Source of the DNA: Octopus vulgaris
Lineage: Eukaryota
Assembly: GCA_951406725.2 (NCBI GenBank)
Contig: OX597843.1
Coordinates: 6,324,001 to 6,388,000 of the forward strand
Length of the DNA stretch: 64,000 nucleotides
Direction of reading: 5' to 3'
This document shows, piece by piece, positions 11,608-62,989 of this stretch. Both the position numbers and the translations under genes were made by a program. A model generated the notes under the pieces. The model was not told the origin of the DNA. It did not search any database and was given only the letters and a program-made list of their open reading frames with translations. The first letter of the stretch is position 1, and each line of letters opens with the position of its first letter.

Positions 11608-12886
11608 TTCATTGTTTACTCCAGACCAATTTCAGTTATTTATGTTCGAATGAGTTTAAAGAAATTTTATTTTCTAATCCTGATAATTTAGTGAATATTC
11701 TGGATGAGTGTAAAATGCAGACACAGGTTACTTTACTTATATAATAAAATTTCTAGATAAATAATGACTATTTCTTAACCCTAGTTTGCTCCTTATTTAT
11801 TGATTTATGTAAATAGTATTAATCTAAAATTTAGTGGGTGATTTATAAAACTATTACAATATAATAATGTTGTGTTTCTAATTTTTTACGAGGTTTTGTA
11901 TTAGTTTATTTTTGAATGTATAGAAAATTTTTTGAAAATTTATAATGATAACTTATTCTATTATAGAAGAATGTATTTGATCTATCGATATATTAATTTA
12001 CCTGTTTGATTGGTAGCTATTTTGAGTATTAATAATATGATATATATTTATCTTATAATACAGTTAAGTTTATATTTCTGTTATAAATTTGATCTACAGG
12101 TATGTAATCTCTTTATAGAATAAATAGGTAAAATTAAATGTTTACCTGTATGGAAGTATGAATATAGGCATTTATTCATATGATGTCTGCACAGTTAAAC
12201 CTCAAATCATGAGACATTGGTTTTGATCACGAGTTTTAGCTTATAAATAAAAGAGTAATTTGGGAAAGAATTTAATAGTACGTCGAGGGGTTACTATAAT
12301 TTTTAGAGTATACATAATAAATTATTAAGTATTTTAATAATAAATCTTATAGTATAGAGTGATTCTATTCTTTATTTGTGACTTCACTTTATTGATAAGG
12401 CTTATTTGTAGTTCCTCACGGTTAAAGAATTATTCTTTTTTGCTGAAAAGACATTTTAGTTCATCGCAAGGCTAAGTATATAATTATCAGATATTAATTT
12501 TATTTCTAAGACTTTGCTTAGTCAAAGAAATATATACATCGTTAGGTTTCATGTATTGATAGCATAGTTATTATAACTTATATATTGTATTTTTTTTAAA
12601 TCTATACTTGGTAGCAATATTTTTTCCATTGATAAATATATTTGATACTATATAACTACAGATTGATTATTTTATTTTCATATCTATATGATTTTTGAAA
12701 CTTATAGTTAGCCAACGAGATATATAGATCGTTAATTAGTTATAGCATTCATTTTTTTTACAATTAGCTATTTAATATTTTTATAAGTAATAATTAATTT
12801 ATTAGGTTTTTATTATACGTGCATATATATATTTATATGCATTTTCATTGATAATTTAGTTATTATTCAAATATTATATAATTGCT

Positions 12887-13160
12887 CTTTTACTTGTTTC
12901 AGTCATTTGACTGCGGCCATGCTGGAGCACCGCCTTTAGTCGAGCAAATCAACCCTGGGACTTATTCTTTGTAAGTCCAGTACTTATTCTATCGGTCTCT
13001 TTTGCCGAACCGCTGAGTGACGGGGACAATTATATATGACAGGCTTCTTTCAGTTTCTGTCTACCAAATCCACTCACAAGGCATTGGTCGGCCCAGGGCT
13101 ATAGCAGAAGACACGCAGTGGGACCGAACCCGGAACTGTGTGTTTGGTTAGCAGGCTACT
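12887..13160 (-). mobile_element. Family A tRNA-SINE (internally deleted)
   Basis: Matches other copies. Confidence 0.8.
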
Positions 13161-13635
13161 TTGAATAGTCATTTTTTTTATGTAATTAGATTATTTGTGG
13201 ATTTCTTACCTTAAAATTTAACAATATAATCGTTAAAGTTTCTATTTTGATAATAGAGTTTGTTTTTTTTATTAGGGAAATTATTATTTTCATTAACCTG
13301 AAGATTGACTCATAAACATTATTTGAATTAGCATGAAACGATCATAGTGGTTTTACTCTCTATCTTGTATTAAACTTTTTGATAGTTTGAATTTTTTTTC
13401 TATGTATTGGTTTATGATTTTTCTAATAGTGGTTTTATCTCTAATTTCATATATATACATACATTGTTGTTGTTAAATGGTGGTTTGGGTTTCAATTCCT
13501 TCCCAGTCTAAAAATATCTTTTTTTTTTGTTATTTACTGGTTGCTATTTGAAGATTGCTTTGGGGATTCTTATAGGAGCATCATAATAATAATAATAATA
13601 AGGAAATCAAATTTTAAGAAACATGATGAATTTTT

Positions 13636-47243
<33,608 letters not shown>

Positions 47244-47259
47244 TATTCCGTTTCTTGAA

Positions 47260-47798
47260 CTGTAGCCAACGAAGCACGAATAAGCGAGTGGGACCGTCCG
47301 AGAGGTAACGACGGTGGGGCAACGTGGGGGGTTAAAATTGGTGGGGGTTTTTCTGTCCGACCAACGAAGAGCTAAAGTACGAGTGGGGCCGTCCGAGAGG
47401 GAACAACGGTAGGGCAACGTGGGGTTAAAATGGATGGGTTTTTTTCTGTCCGACCAACGAAGGGCTAACGTTCGAGTGGGACCGTCGAGCGAGGACCGAG
47501 AGGGGAACGACGGTAGGGCAACGTGTGGCGGGGGGGTTAAAATTTGTGTGTTTTTTTGTTGTTGTTGTTTTTTTTTGGGTCCGACCAACAACGAAGTGTT
47601 GCCGTACGAGTGACGCCTTCGAGTGAGGAACCGAGACACGAGAGAAGAGGAAGGTTCCGGAGGCGGCGGCGGCGGCGGGGAAGGAAGATAAACGATATTT
47701 CGACGATTACATAAATAGGAAAAAAAAGTAATAAATATGTGTGTGTGTGTGTGTGTCACCTGTTGAAAGCAGAGGAGATGACGAAACTGTCCACTCAC
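47260..47798 (-). other. Probable 5'-UTR intron of the nrf-6-like gene, containing a CpG-rich ~93-bp tandem repeat
   Basis: Minus-strand GAG|gtgagt donor at 47798 and ctacag acceptor 16 nt before the ATG; CpG-rich promoter-like region to about 48.4 kb. Confidence 0.5.
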
Positions 47799-48496
47799 CT
47801 CACCTGGTATTTTTTTTTTGAAAGTCACGTAAGCGAAAGCGATTAAGAGTCGAACTTTTTTCTCTTTTTTTGTTCTTTCTCCTCCTTTTTTTTCGTTCAA
47901 GTTATTAATAATGAAAGCCACATCTTCTTCTTCTCTTCTCTTCGGTCAACAATTGAAGGCCACTCGGTGCTAATTCATTCTCTAATCAATGTTCGATGAT
48001 AAAAAACACCTTCGATGCCAAACCAACGTGATTAAAAGAAAAAAAAACAAATAAATAAATAAATAAAAAAACCCACGAAAAGTTCCTCTTGCAGCACCTC
48101 CCCTTCCTCCTCCTCCCGTTCAAACCTTTGCCCTTCCTCCCTCCCTCCCTCCGTCTCCGCCTTCTCCTCATTCGATAGTTCCTACCTCCGTCTTCCGATC
48201 TAACTCTACCCCCTCCTACTCTTTTCGATTCTCCTTCTTTCCTCCTCCCCTTCTCTTTTCGCCAACCGATACTCCCCCCTCCGTTGCCTCCTCCACAACT
48301 ACTTCCTTAAGTTCTCTTCCTCTCTTCCCTCTACCAACCAATTCCTGTACCCCCCCCACACACATTCTCGCCGTCTTCCTGCTGGACAACCGACCGACGT
48401 TGGTTTATTTACGTCCCTGTAACCTAATGGCTCAGTAAAAGAAACTGACAGAATAAGTTCCGGGCTTTAATAATCTGTACTGGGACTCTCTCTTTA

Positions 48497-48878
48497 CTCT
48501 TTTACTTGTTTCAGTCATTTGACTGCGGCCATGCTGGAGCACCACCTTTTAATCGAGCAACTCGACCCTGGGACTTATTCTTTGTAAGCCCAGTACTTAT
48601 TCTATCGGTCTCTTTTGCCAAACTGCTAAGTGACGGGGACATAAACACACCAGCATCGGTTGTCAAGCAATGCTAGTGGGACAAACACACACACACACAC
48701 ATACATATATATACGATGAGCTTCTTTCAGTTTCCGTCTACCAAATCCACTCACAAGGCTTTGATCGGCCTGAGGCTATAGTAGAAGACACATGCCCCAG
48801 GTGCCATGAAGAGGGACTGAACCCGGATCCATGTGGTTGGTAAGCAAGCTACTTACCACACAGCCACTCCTGAGCCTA
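48497..48878 (-). mobile_element. Full-length family A tRNA-SINE
   Basis: Complete match. Confidence 0.85.
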
Positions 48879-49131
48879 TAGAAAATTTCATTAAAAAATA
48901 TCCATATTTCTGAAGTTATGAGGAAACAAAGTCAGCAATGTGAAATGCTTAGCAGTGTCTCAATTGTCTCCACATTCTGAGTTCAAATTACACTGAGGCT
49001 GTTTGCTTTTATCATTTTGGAGTTGTTAAATTAAGTACCAGTTATGAACTGGGGTTGATGTTACCGACTAGTCACCTCCTCCAAAATTTTCAGGTTTTAT
49101 GCCTTTAGTAGAAAGAGTTATTATTATTATT

Positions 49132-49686
49132 GAGTGAGAGAGCAGTTCATGCCATCAAAGTGACACTGGGGTAAAATATACGAAGCCCAATATACCCATC
49201 ATGACTACCCGTCTGATAAGGGTACACCAGACACATGCATCACAACCATATGTGCACGATATGGAGATCTCATATCAAGATGAACAGCACATGACCTTGC
49301 AGGTGGGGCCCAGTTACAACTTTCTTCTCGTCGAGTAACCCATCCTGCTCAAAAGGTCCCTGAATAAGGGTTGTTTAGGGATGTTGAAAGAACCACCCAT
49401 GTTTCCAAAGGTGAATTATTCAAACCCCCAAAGAATCCCTCTCAACACATGGCTATGATGCTCCCCGACCACTTCTGCCCGTGGTCAGAGATGCACATAT
49501 CGTCAGCCACTAAGGGACATGCTCAACTGGTTAAGGTCAAACAACTGACAAGCAAATCTGTGGTATTGAGCAGAATATTTGCTGTAGACCATCTTTTATA
49601 ACAAGACAAAACAATGTACATGATAACACTTCCAATCAGTTAAGACCAGAAGCCACGATAGCCACTACCTGGTACTGCATCAGGGT
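49132..49686. mobile_element. Unclassified ~550-bp insertion flanked on both sides by (TTA)n
   Basis: Sharp compositional boundaries inside a SINE (TTA)n tail; family not identified. Confidence 0.4.
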
Positions 49687-50694
49687 ATTATTATTATTAT
49701 TACTAAGGTGGCGAGCTGGCAGAATCAGCGAAAAGCTTAGTGTTATTTCTCTCGTCGCTACATTCTGAGTTCAAATCCCACCCAGGTCAACTCTGCGTTT
49801 CATCCTTTCGGGGTCAATAAATTGAGTACCAGTTGCAAAGTGGGGTTAACGTAGCCAACATAAGCGTCCCCCCACCACCACAGGTTTCAAGCCTTGTGCC
49901 TATAAGAGAGATGATTATCATTTTCGCAGGTATTGTTGTTGTTGTTGTAGCTATTACAGGTCATTATGGATGCCACAGTTGTTGTTGTTGTTGTCATAAA
50001 TATCAACCCTATTGTTGTGTAACTTTATCAGAGATTTTAACCTTTGTACAAAAAAAAAAAAATTATAAAAAACAACCTGATGAGTGCAACAAAAAAACAA
50101 AAAGAATTGAAAGTAGCCAAAAAAAAAAGGAAAAACTTATTTGGTATCACTGATAAGAAATGTAATAAATACACCGAGAACCAAGTCGGAGAGACTTAGA
50201 TTTAAAAAAACAGCACACTTTGGGTTCGAGGTTAAGCAACACCACCACTCCTCCAGCCGACCTAAATTCATTCGGCGACAGAGAAATTTTCGCAAAAAAT
50301 GTAGAAAAGTTTGCTGAGTTTTTTTTTTTATATTTATTTTTTTCTTCTTATTTTTAAATCTTTTCTTTACGATTTGCTTTCTTTCTTTCTTTCTTTGTAA
50401 AAATAAAATTTTAAAATATTTTCTCAGATATTTTCTGTTTGCCTAAAATATATTTATATATAAAAAGGCAGTGCTCCAACATGGCCACATTGAAATAACA
50501 GAAACAAGTAAAAAATATATATATATATATTAGTGGTTCGGCAAAAGAGACCAATAGAATAAGTACTAGGCTTACAAAGAATAAGTTCTGGGGTCGATTT
50601 GCTCGACTAAAAGGTGGTGCTCCAGCATGGCCACAGTCAAATGACTGAAACAAGTGAAAGAGTAATATACACATACATATATATATATATATTT

Positions 50695-55120
<4,426 letters not shown>

Positions 55121-55301
55121 ACAGTGAGAGTTTACAAAGAAACAAATGATGAAGACGGGTGTATAAACAACAAACAGAAGTAGTAGTTTAACAATCAGGA
55201 AGTGAGAAAGTTGTTTACATTTCGAGCCTATGCTCTTCAACGGAGAAGAACACAGAGAGAAAATAAAACAGGTTTAGTGGCTAGTGATCTATCATATATA
55301 C

Positions 55302-55332
<31 letters not shown>

Positions 55333-55539
55333 TATATATGTACACATACATATATATATATATGTACATATACATACAGTACATAAGAATTTTTTGGGTA
55401 ATAAGAGAAAAAAACCAAGGCTGTGTCTCATCACGCAACAAATTCTTATAAGCTTACAGTGATAAATTATATGGTTATTGAAGACTAAGTCTATCTTCGG
55501 CATTGGAATTTTTTTCTTTTGCCCTTGTTTATAAGTTGC

Positions 55540-55570
<31 letters not shown>

Positions 55571-55573
<3 letters not shown>

Positions 55574-55982
55574 CAAAATAAGAAAATGGAGAAATACATC
55601 GAAATCAATAATCAATTACCAGATAATACCCAATCACATACTTTATTAAACCACCACATAAGAAACTTTAAGGTCAAACATAATAATATAGGACAAAACA
55701 GTGTACATAAAGGAATGCACATGAAGGAGTAATATGATACAATAAGTACAATATGCATAAGAGAATATAAATATAAATAAATAAATATTCTCTTATACAT
55801 ATTGTACTTATTGTATCATATTACTCCTTCATGTACACTCCTTTATGTACACTGTTTTGTCCTATATTATTATGTTTGACCTTAAAGTTTCTTATGTTGT
55901 GGTTTAATAAATTATGTGATTGGGTATTATCTGGTAATTGATTATTGATTTAGATGTATTTCTCCATTTTCTTATCTTGTAT
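55571..55982. repeat. Near-perfect AT-rich palindrome, arms ~195 bp
   Basis: ATACAAAATAAGAAAATGGAGAAATACATC... is the reverse complement of ...GATGTATTTCTCCATTTTCTTATCTTGTAT; loop ~55768-55785. Confidence 0.92.
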
Positions 55983-56151
55983 TAGTAATTTGTGGTAAAT
56001 CATTTTACCTTTGCCCATATAATACAGTAAATGAATTGATTGCATCGCAATCCTTAACATTTATGTATTAACTTTGTTGGGTACTTCACTGGCAGTATAT
56101 TGGATATATGTTATCCCATGGAAGGTTGCATTTACAACCCCTATCTCAATT

Positions 56152-56217
<66 letters not shown>

Positions 56218-56874
56218 CTTACATATATACTTAATATACTTTTTAATATTATATCTAAAGATTTAACTGGCTTATGTCTCTGCTGTTTTGCTTCTGACGA
56301 GTGTTTGAAGTTTGCCCCTATTTTTTTATTGGGAATTCATGACTGAAATTAGTGAATGTTTTGAATGGTCTTAGAAATATTTTCAGGTTCCCTGTTAGTA
56401 TCAAGTAACAATACTTAGTGTCACATGAGACTGACATGGTTAACTATCTCTGTTTGTTAATATCAAGTGACAATAGTTAGTGTCATATAAGACTGACACG
56501 GTTGACTGAACAGGCCTAGTGATGGTACTAAACAATCAATGCTTTGAATATTTTGTGTTCAGTGTTTGTAGAGAAGGAACACAGGAGGTTTAGAGCCTTG
56601 TGTATGTTTCCCATAAAGTGGCAGAATATTTAGCAGCCAAAGTGAAGGCCGACGTGGCTGAGTGAACACGATTAGGTACAATCATGGCATTTGGAACTGA
56701 ATAATCAAACACCTAAATCATCATCATCGTTTAACGTCCGCTTTCCATGCTAGCATGGGTTGGACGATTTGACTGAGGTCTGGTGAACCAAACTCCAATC
56801 TGATCTGGCAGAGTTTCTATAGCTGGATGCCCTTCCTAATGCCAACCACTCCGGGAGTGTAGTGGGTGCTTATA

Positions 56875-56928
<54 letters not shown>

Positions 56929-57802
56929 TATATATACACACATATATATATATACACACATCATCATCATTTAGCGTCCGTTCTCCATGCTAGCATGGGT
57001 TGGACGGTTCAACTGGGGTCTGTGAAGCCAGAAGGCTGCATCAGGCCCAGTCTGATCTGGCAGTGTTTCTATGGCATATATATATATATGTACCCACACA
57101 CATACAATGTCATATATGACAGAGAAATAGTTTGATGAAATTTTATTTTGCAGTAAGAAAGTTGTAGAAGCATAACAAATTGTTTCGTAACACAAAAGCA
57201 AGTTAATAATCCATATTATTATATTTAACAACCAAGAAATTACATAAACGTCTGCCTTTGAAATAACACAGAATTTAAGCTGCTTTCTCAGGTGAAAGAA
57301 GGCTTTTGTTGAAAGGTGGATTGTTGACGTAATAATACAGGAACGCAAAGTCAAGGTCTTTTAAAGATTATGAACACAATACTCTTTTAATTGCTTTGTG
57401 GCCATGATGGAGCACCACCTTTACTAAAAAAAAAAACGACCCCAGGTCTTATTCTTTGTAAGCTTAGTACTGATTTTATTGGTGTCTTTCGCCGAACTGC
57501 TAGGTTAGGGGGACGGAAAGACACGAACATCAGTTGTACAGCAATGGTGGGGGAGGGACAAAGAAATTCATACAGGCTTCTTTCAGTTTCCGTCTACCAA
57601 ATCCACTCACAAGGCTTTGGTCAGCACTAGGCTATAGTAGAAGACACTTGCCCAAGGTATCACACAGTGGGACTGAACCCGGAACCATGTGGTTGGGAAG
57701 CAAGCTACTTACCACACAGCCACTCCTGTGCCTAAAATTGATATAAATTAATAAATGGATTTTCAAATAAATGAAAGGGAATTTTAGTAATATAATTAAA
57801 AC

Positions 57803-58042
57803 TGTGGAGGCACGTGGCTTAGTGGTTAGGGTGTCAGTACACCATGATCGTAAGATTGTGGTTTCGATTCCTGGACCGGGCGACGCGTTGTGTTCTTGAG
57901 CAAAACACTTCATTTCATGTTGCTCCAGTCCACTCAGCTGGCAAAAAGGAGTAACGCTGCGATGGACTGGCGTCCCGTTCAGCTGGGGAACACATACGCC
58001 CAGGAAACCGGGCCCATGAGTCTGGCTAGGCTTTAAAAGGGC
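57803..58042 (+). mobile_element. Family B tRNA-SINE
   Basis: Matches 39660-39912. Confidence 0.8.
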
Positions 58043-58129
58043 GAGAGAGAGAAATTAAAAGTAACTAGTAGATATTAGTACAATATAAGAAAAGAGATAT
58101 TCAGTACTAAAAATCAAGAAAATGAAGAT

Positions 58130-59208
58130 CATAAATATAAAGAGAAAAATAGGTTGTTCTGCCATTAATCAATGAGATTATTTATGCCTCGTTAATAAAA
58201 ACTTATTGGCTTTGATGCTAAGAAATGTTTGAAAGCTGATTCCACTTCTGGTTTGGACCTGAGAGTTTTATCACTTAAAGACGTGATTAAATGCTTAAAG
58301 AACTGGAAATACCACCAAGTGATAAGAAAAAGAACCCTACAAGACTATGAGAGATGCTAAAGGAAAGGAGATTCAAAGAGAAAGCAGATACATGTGTGAT
58401 GTTTGCAAGATAACTTTGTGTGTAACTCCTTGTCTGAAAAATAATCATTCTAAATAAACAGTCTATCTCATTTTATAAAAAATTTTCTTTTGATTTAAAA
58501 GCAAAACATCTTAGAAAAAATCGAAGATAATTAAGTTATATGTATTTTTTCAATGTCCAAGTTAACTCGTTAAAATCCAAATTAGTAAAATGACATTTTA
58601 ATTTCTATAATAAACAATAAAGGAAACAAGATAAAAAAACCTTTTCTTATTTCTTTACTACCCACAAGGGGCTAAACACAGAGGGGACAAACAAGGACAG
58701 ACACACGGATTAAGTCGATTACATCGACCCCAGTGCGTAACTGGTACTTAATTTATCGACCCCGAAAGGATGAAAGGCAAAGTCAACCTCGGTGGAATTT
58801 GAACTCAGAACGTAGCGGCAGACGAAATACCGCTAAGCATTTCGCCCGGAGTGCTAACGATTCTGCCAGCTCACCGCCTTGACAAAAAAACCTTTTCTTC
58901 TAATTAACCCTTTAGTGTTTGCATTATTCTGCCAAAATTAATGCTTTTTCATCCAAATTGATTTGAGCTAATCATGCATTATCTTGTAGCTATGAGATTT
59001 TAATGAGGTAGCTGTTAATTTTTAAAACGATATTGTAGGGTTGGTGTGAGAGACCAGATCTGGCCAGTTTGAACATAGAACAGGCAGAATACTTTTGGCC
59101 GGATATGGCCGGTTTAAATGCTAAAGTGTATATAATTAAAAAAGGAAATAAAAAATATGCTCTGAAATGAAACGACATGTCAAAATAATTTGTCCATTAA
59201 GGGGTTAA
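58130..59208 (+). pseudogene. Decayed piggyBac transposon 3' end (transposase C-terminal Cys-rich domain) with nested SINE and MITE
   Basis: IPPSDKKKNPTR...ESRYMCDVCKITLCVTPCLKNNH at ~58309-58450 with stops; terminus AGGGG-TTAA at ~59200. Confidence 0.6.
58640..58880 (-). mobile_element. Full-length family C tRNA-SINE
   Basis: GGCGGTGAGCTGGCAGAATCGTTAGC...GAGTTCAAATTCC head on the minus strand. Confidence 0.82.
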
Positions 59209-60504
59209 AGAACCTGAGTTTTTGATTGCTGGTGGAAGAATAATGCTAAAAGAATTTTTAGAAAACCCCCCACTTCAGCCCTTACTCCAGATAAATTGTT
59301 CTGTTTCATCATTTTGCACTTTTAAATATCACAAAGATAAACACAATTCATAAAGGCTTCTAATCTGTGACCCCCACACTGGTTACAATGACAAGGTTCC
59401 CAGCTGATTCAGTCAGCAGAAAAGCCCGATTTGATAAATATGTGTTTCTAGGTGTCTGTTTGTCCCATCACTGCTTGATGATGGTGTCGGTTTGTTTACA
59501 TCCCTCTTAATTTGGCGGTCTGGCAAAAGTGATCGACAGAAGCTTTTTCTTATATCTTTCCTTTTACTTGTTTCAGTCGTTGGATTGTGGCCATGCTGGG
59601 GCACCACCATGCAGAATTTCATTTGAACTAATTCACCCCAGTACTTTATTGTAAAATCTGGTCCCTTTTCTATTGATTCTATTTTGCTGAACTGCTAAGT
59701 TACAGGAACGTAAACACACCAACACTGCTTGTCAAGCAGTGGCGGGAGACACACATATGATGAGCTTCTCTCAGTTTCCATCTGCCAAATCCACTCACAA
59801 GGCTTTGGTCAGTCTGAGGCTATGGTAGAAGACACTTTCCCAAGGTGCCATGCAGTGGGACTGAACCCAGAACCATGTGTTTCGGAAGCAAGCTTCTTGC
59901 CACATATGTGCGTGTGTGTTTTGTCTCCCACTACTGTTTGAAGATAGTGTGGGTTTGTTTACATCCCCTTGACTTAGCAATTTGGCAAAAGTGTCTAATA
60001 GAATAAGTACCAAATTGCCAGGCTTTAACAAAAAAAAAAAAAAGCCCAAGTGTTGATTTGTCCAACTAAAACCCTTCACGATGGTGCTCCAGCAGGACCA
60101 CCACTGCCTAATGGCTGAAACAAGTTAAAAACCAGATGACTAAACCAACCATTTCTGTTGATGACATCATTTGTGACGATAATTATTGCAAAATACTTTG
60201 TCACCTCGAGTTCTGCTCTTATCATTGATAAACCCTCAACAGATAAGGAAAGCATCGGGTCATTTTGTATGTCAGGGCTGAAGGACGTAACAAGAACCCC
60301 GAGTCACTGCCCCCATAAAAGCACTGATGCTCGTACGACATAAAAACACTTGTGTTGTGCCATGTAAAGGCAGTCAGTACACTCTGTGAAGTGGTTGGTG
60401 TCAGGGAGGGGCACCCGGCTGTAGAAACCACCCCAAAAGCAGGCTGGAACCTGGTGCAGCTCAACATCTCTGGTCAAACCATCCAACCCATGCCAGCATG
60501 GACA

Positions 60505-60829
60505 AGCTTGCCTCCCAACCACATGGTTCTGGGTTCAGTCCCACTGCGTGGCACCTTGGGCAAGTGTCTTCTGTAGCATTGGGCCAGCCAAAGCCTTGTG
60601 AATGGATTTGGTAGACGGAAACTGAAAGAAGCCCATCGTATATATATGTGTATATATATATATAGGCGTAGGAGTGGCTGTGTGGTAAGTAGCTTGCTAA
60701 CCAACCACACGGTTCCGGGTTCAGTCCCACTGTGTGGCATCTTGGGCAAGTGTCTTCTGCTATAGCCCTGGGCTGACCAATGCCTTGTGAGTGGATTTGG
60801 TAGACGGAAACTGAAAGAAGCCTGTCGTA

Positions 60830-60860
<31 letters not shown>

Positions 60861-61457
60861 TTATGTGTGTGTCTCTGTTTGTCTCACCACCATCGCTTGA
60901 CAACCGATGTCGGTGTGTTTATGTCCCATATCTTAGAAGTTTGGCAAAGAGACCGATAGAAAAATACTAGGCTTACGAAGAATAAGTCCTGGGATTGATT
61001 TCTTCGACTAAAGGCGGTGCTCCAGCATGGCTGCAGTCAAATGACTGAAACAAGTAAAAGAATAAAAGAATATATACATCTCATTGCTATTATGCTCAAT
61101 ATCAAGACATATCAGATATATAGGGATAGTAGTGGCTGTGTGGTAAGTAGCTTGCTTACCAACCAAATGGTTCTGGGTTCAGTCCCACTGCGTGGCACCT
61201 TGGGCAATTGTCTTCTTCTATAGCCTCGGGCCGACCAAAGCCTTGTGAGTGGATTTGGTAGACGGAAACTGAAAGAAGCCTGTCGTATATATGTGTGTAT
61301 GTGTTTGTCCCCCTAGCATTGCTTGACAACCGATGCTGGTGTGTTTACGTCCCTGTAAACTTAGCGGTTCAGCAAAAAGACACCGATAGAATAAGTACTA
61401 GGCTTACAAAGAATAAGTCCTGGGAGTCGATTTGCTCGACTAAAGGCGGTGCTCCAG
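60505..61457 (+). mobile_element. Three tandem family A SINE copies
   Basis: Repeated head and body motifs at ~60505, 60664 and 61125. Confidence 0.8.
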
Positions 61458-61883
61458 AAGACATCAATAATAACCACCACCAATACTGCTACGATCAGAA
61501 CCACCCTCAACACAACTACCACAACTGCAGCCACCACCTCAACCACCACCACCACCACAATCTCAACCATGACCACCACCACTACCATCATTATCGTTCA
61601 GTGCACTAAGCCATTCGATTGTTGTTTATCTCGCTTTGCATTGCATCATAACCTGTACTTAACACAAAATAATGTCAACCAACTTTTACAGTAGTTACAA
61701 AGTGGAACTGTTAACGAAAATCAAGATTTCTGGGGTGGAAAGGGCAGAGTGAGTGGGTGGGTGGGCGGGAATCTGAAGCCTTTGTTGTACGTTGAGCTGA
61801 CGAGTGCAGCCGTACTCGTACAGTCAAGGAAACAGGTTTTGGGTTATTTTATCTTAATATATATATATATATTCTTTTATTAT

Positions 61884-62250
61884 TTTACTTGTTTCAGTCA
61901 TTTGACTGCGGCCATGCTGGAGCACCGCCTTTAGTCGAGCAAATCGACCCCGGGACTTATTCTTTGGAAGCCGAGTACTTATTCTATTGGGTCCCTTTTG
62001 CCGAACCGCTAAGTTACGGGGGATGTAAACACACCAGCATCGGTTGTCAAGCGATGTTGGGGGGAAAAACACAGACACAAACACACACACACATATATAT
62101 ATATATATACAACAGGCTTCTTTCAGTTTCCATCTACCAAATCCACTCACGAGACTAAAGTAGAAGACACTTGCCCAAGGTGCCACGCAGTGGGACTGAA
62201 CCTGGAACAATGTGGTTGGTAAACAAGCTACTTACCACACAGCCACTCTG
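61884..62250 (-). mobile_element. Family A tRNA-SINE
   Basis: Matches other copies. Confidence 0.82.
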
Positions 62251-62989
62251 TACACTTTCTGCAACTTTGCGTAGGCCTCTGAGCAGGTATTGCCATCACA
62301 ACTTTCTGTCAATGCGATGATCACACGCTACACACCTTCCTTCCAAGCACTGCTGTAAAAAGTGGAAGTGAGCTAGAACGTTAAAATTTAAGAGTCCAAG
62401 GTCAGAGTTTACCAAGCAGCTTTACTCTGCATGGCTTACCTTTACCTTCGTTACTATGGCAACAGTCCGGACACTGATTGGTCACACCTCATACACACAC
62501 GCACAAATACAGACAGACACAAAACATACACACATTCAAACACACGCACACTTATACAGACATTGACTTACACACACATGCAAACACTAACAAACACACA
62601 CTGACATACAGGCACACACACAAACATACAGGCACACACACACACAAACATACAGGCACACACATAAATACACACACATGCAAACACAAAGACACATACA
62701 TACTAACACACACACACACACACACTCAACACAACAACTCCAAAATACAGCTGAATAAATATTTTATTTCATTAAAATCAACAAAAGAAACAAAAAAACA
62801 AAAAAAAAAATAACGACTATGTTGCTATGGCAACGGCAGAAAATAGGGGCTAATGAGAAAAGCTGTTGTTGTTGTTGTTGTTAGATGGGGTCATTTTAGA
62901 ATTTAATGGGATCCTCTCAGTCCTCCTTTCCCTTTTATTTCAGAAAAGGAGCGAAACAGAATGACTTTAGGGTTTCATTGGGTCCCGGA

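Noticed and set aside
11608-12880. NUMT
   Set aside because: AT-rich, but I recognised no mitochondrial gene or rRNA motif
47244-47921. N-terminal 226 aa of the 344-aa ORF
   Set aside because: Low complexity, crosses repeats and a probable intron; the signal peptide begins at ATG 47243
56293-56350. CTGACGAG...GAAA hammerhead (similar CTGATGAG at 2777, 23698, 50077)
   Set aside because: No convincing stem I/II/III pairing found
61449-61694. Thr/His-rich mucin-like ORF
   Set aside because: (ACC/ACA)n low-complexity tract following a SINE
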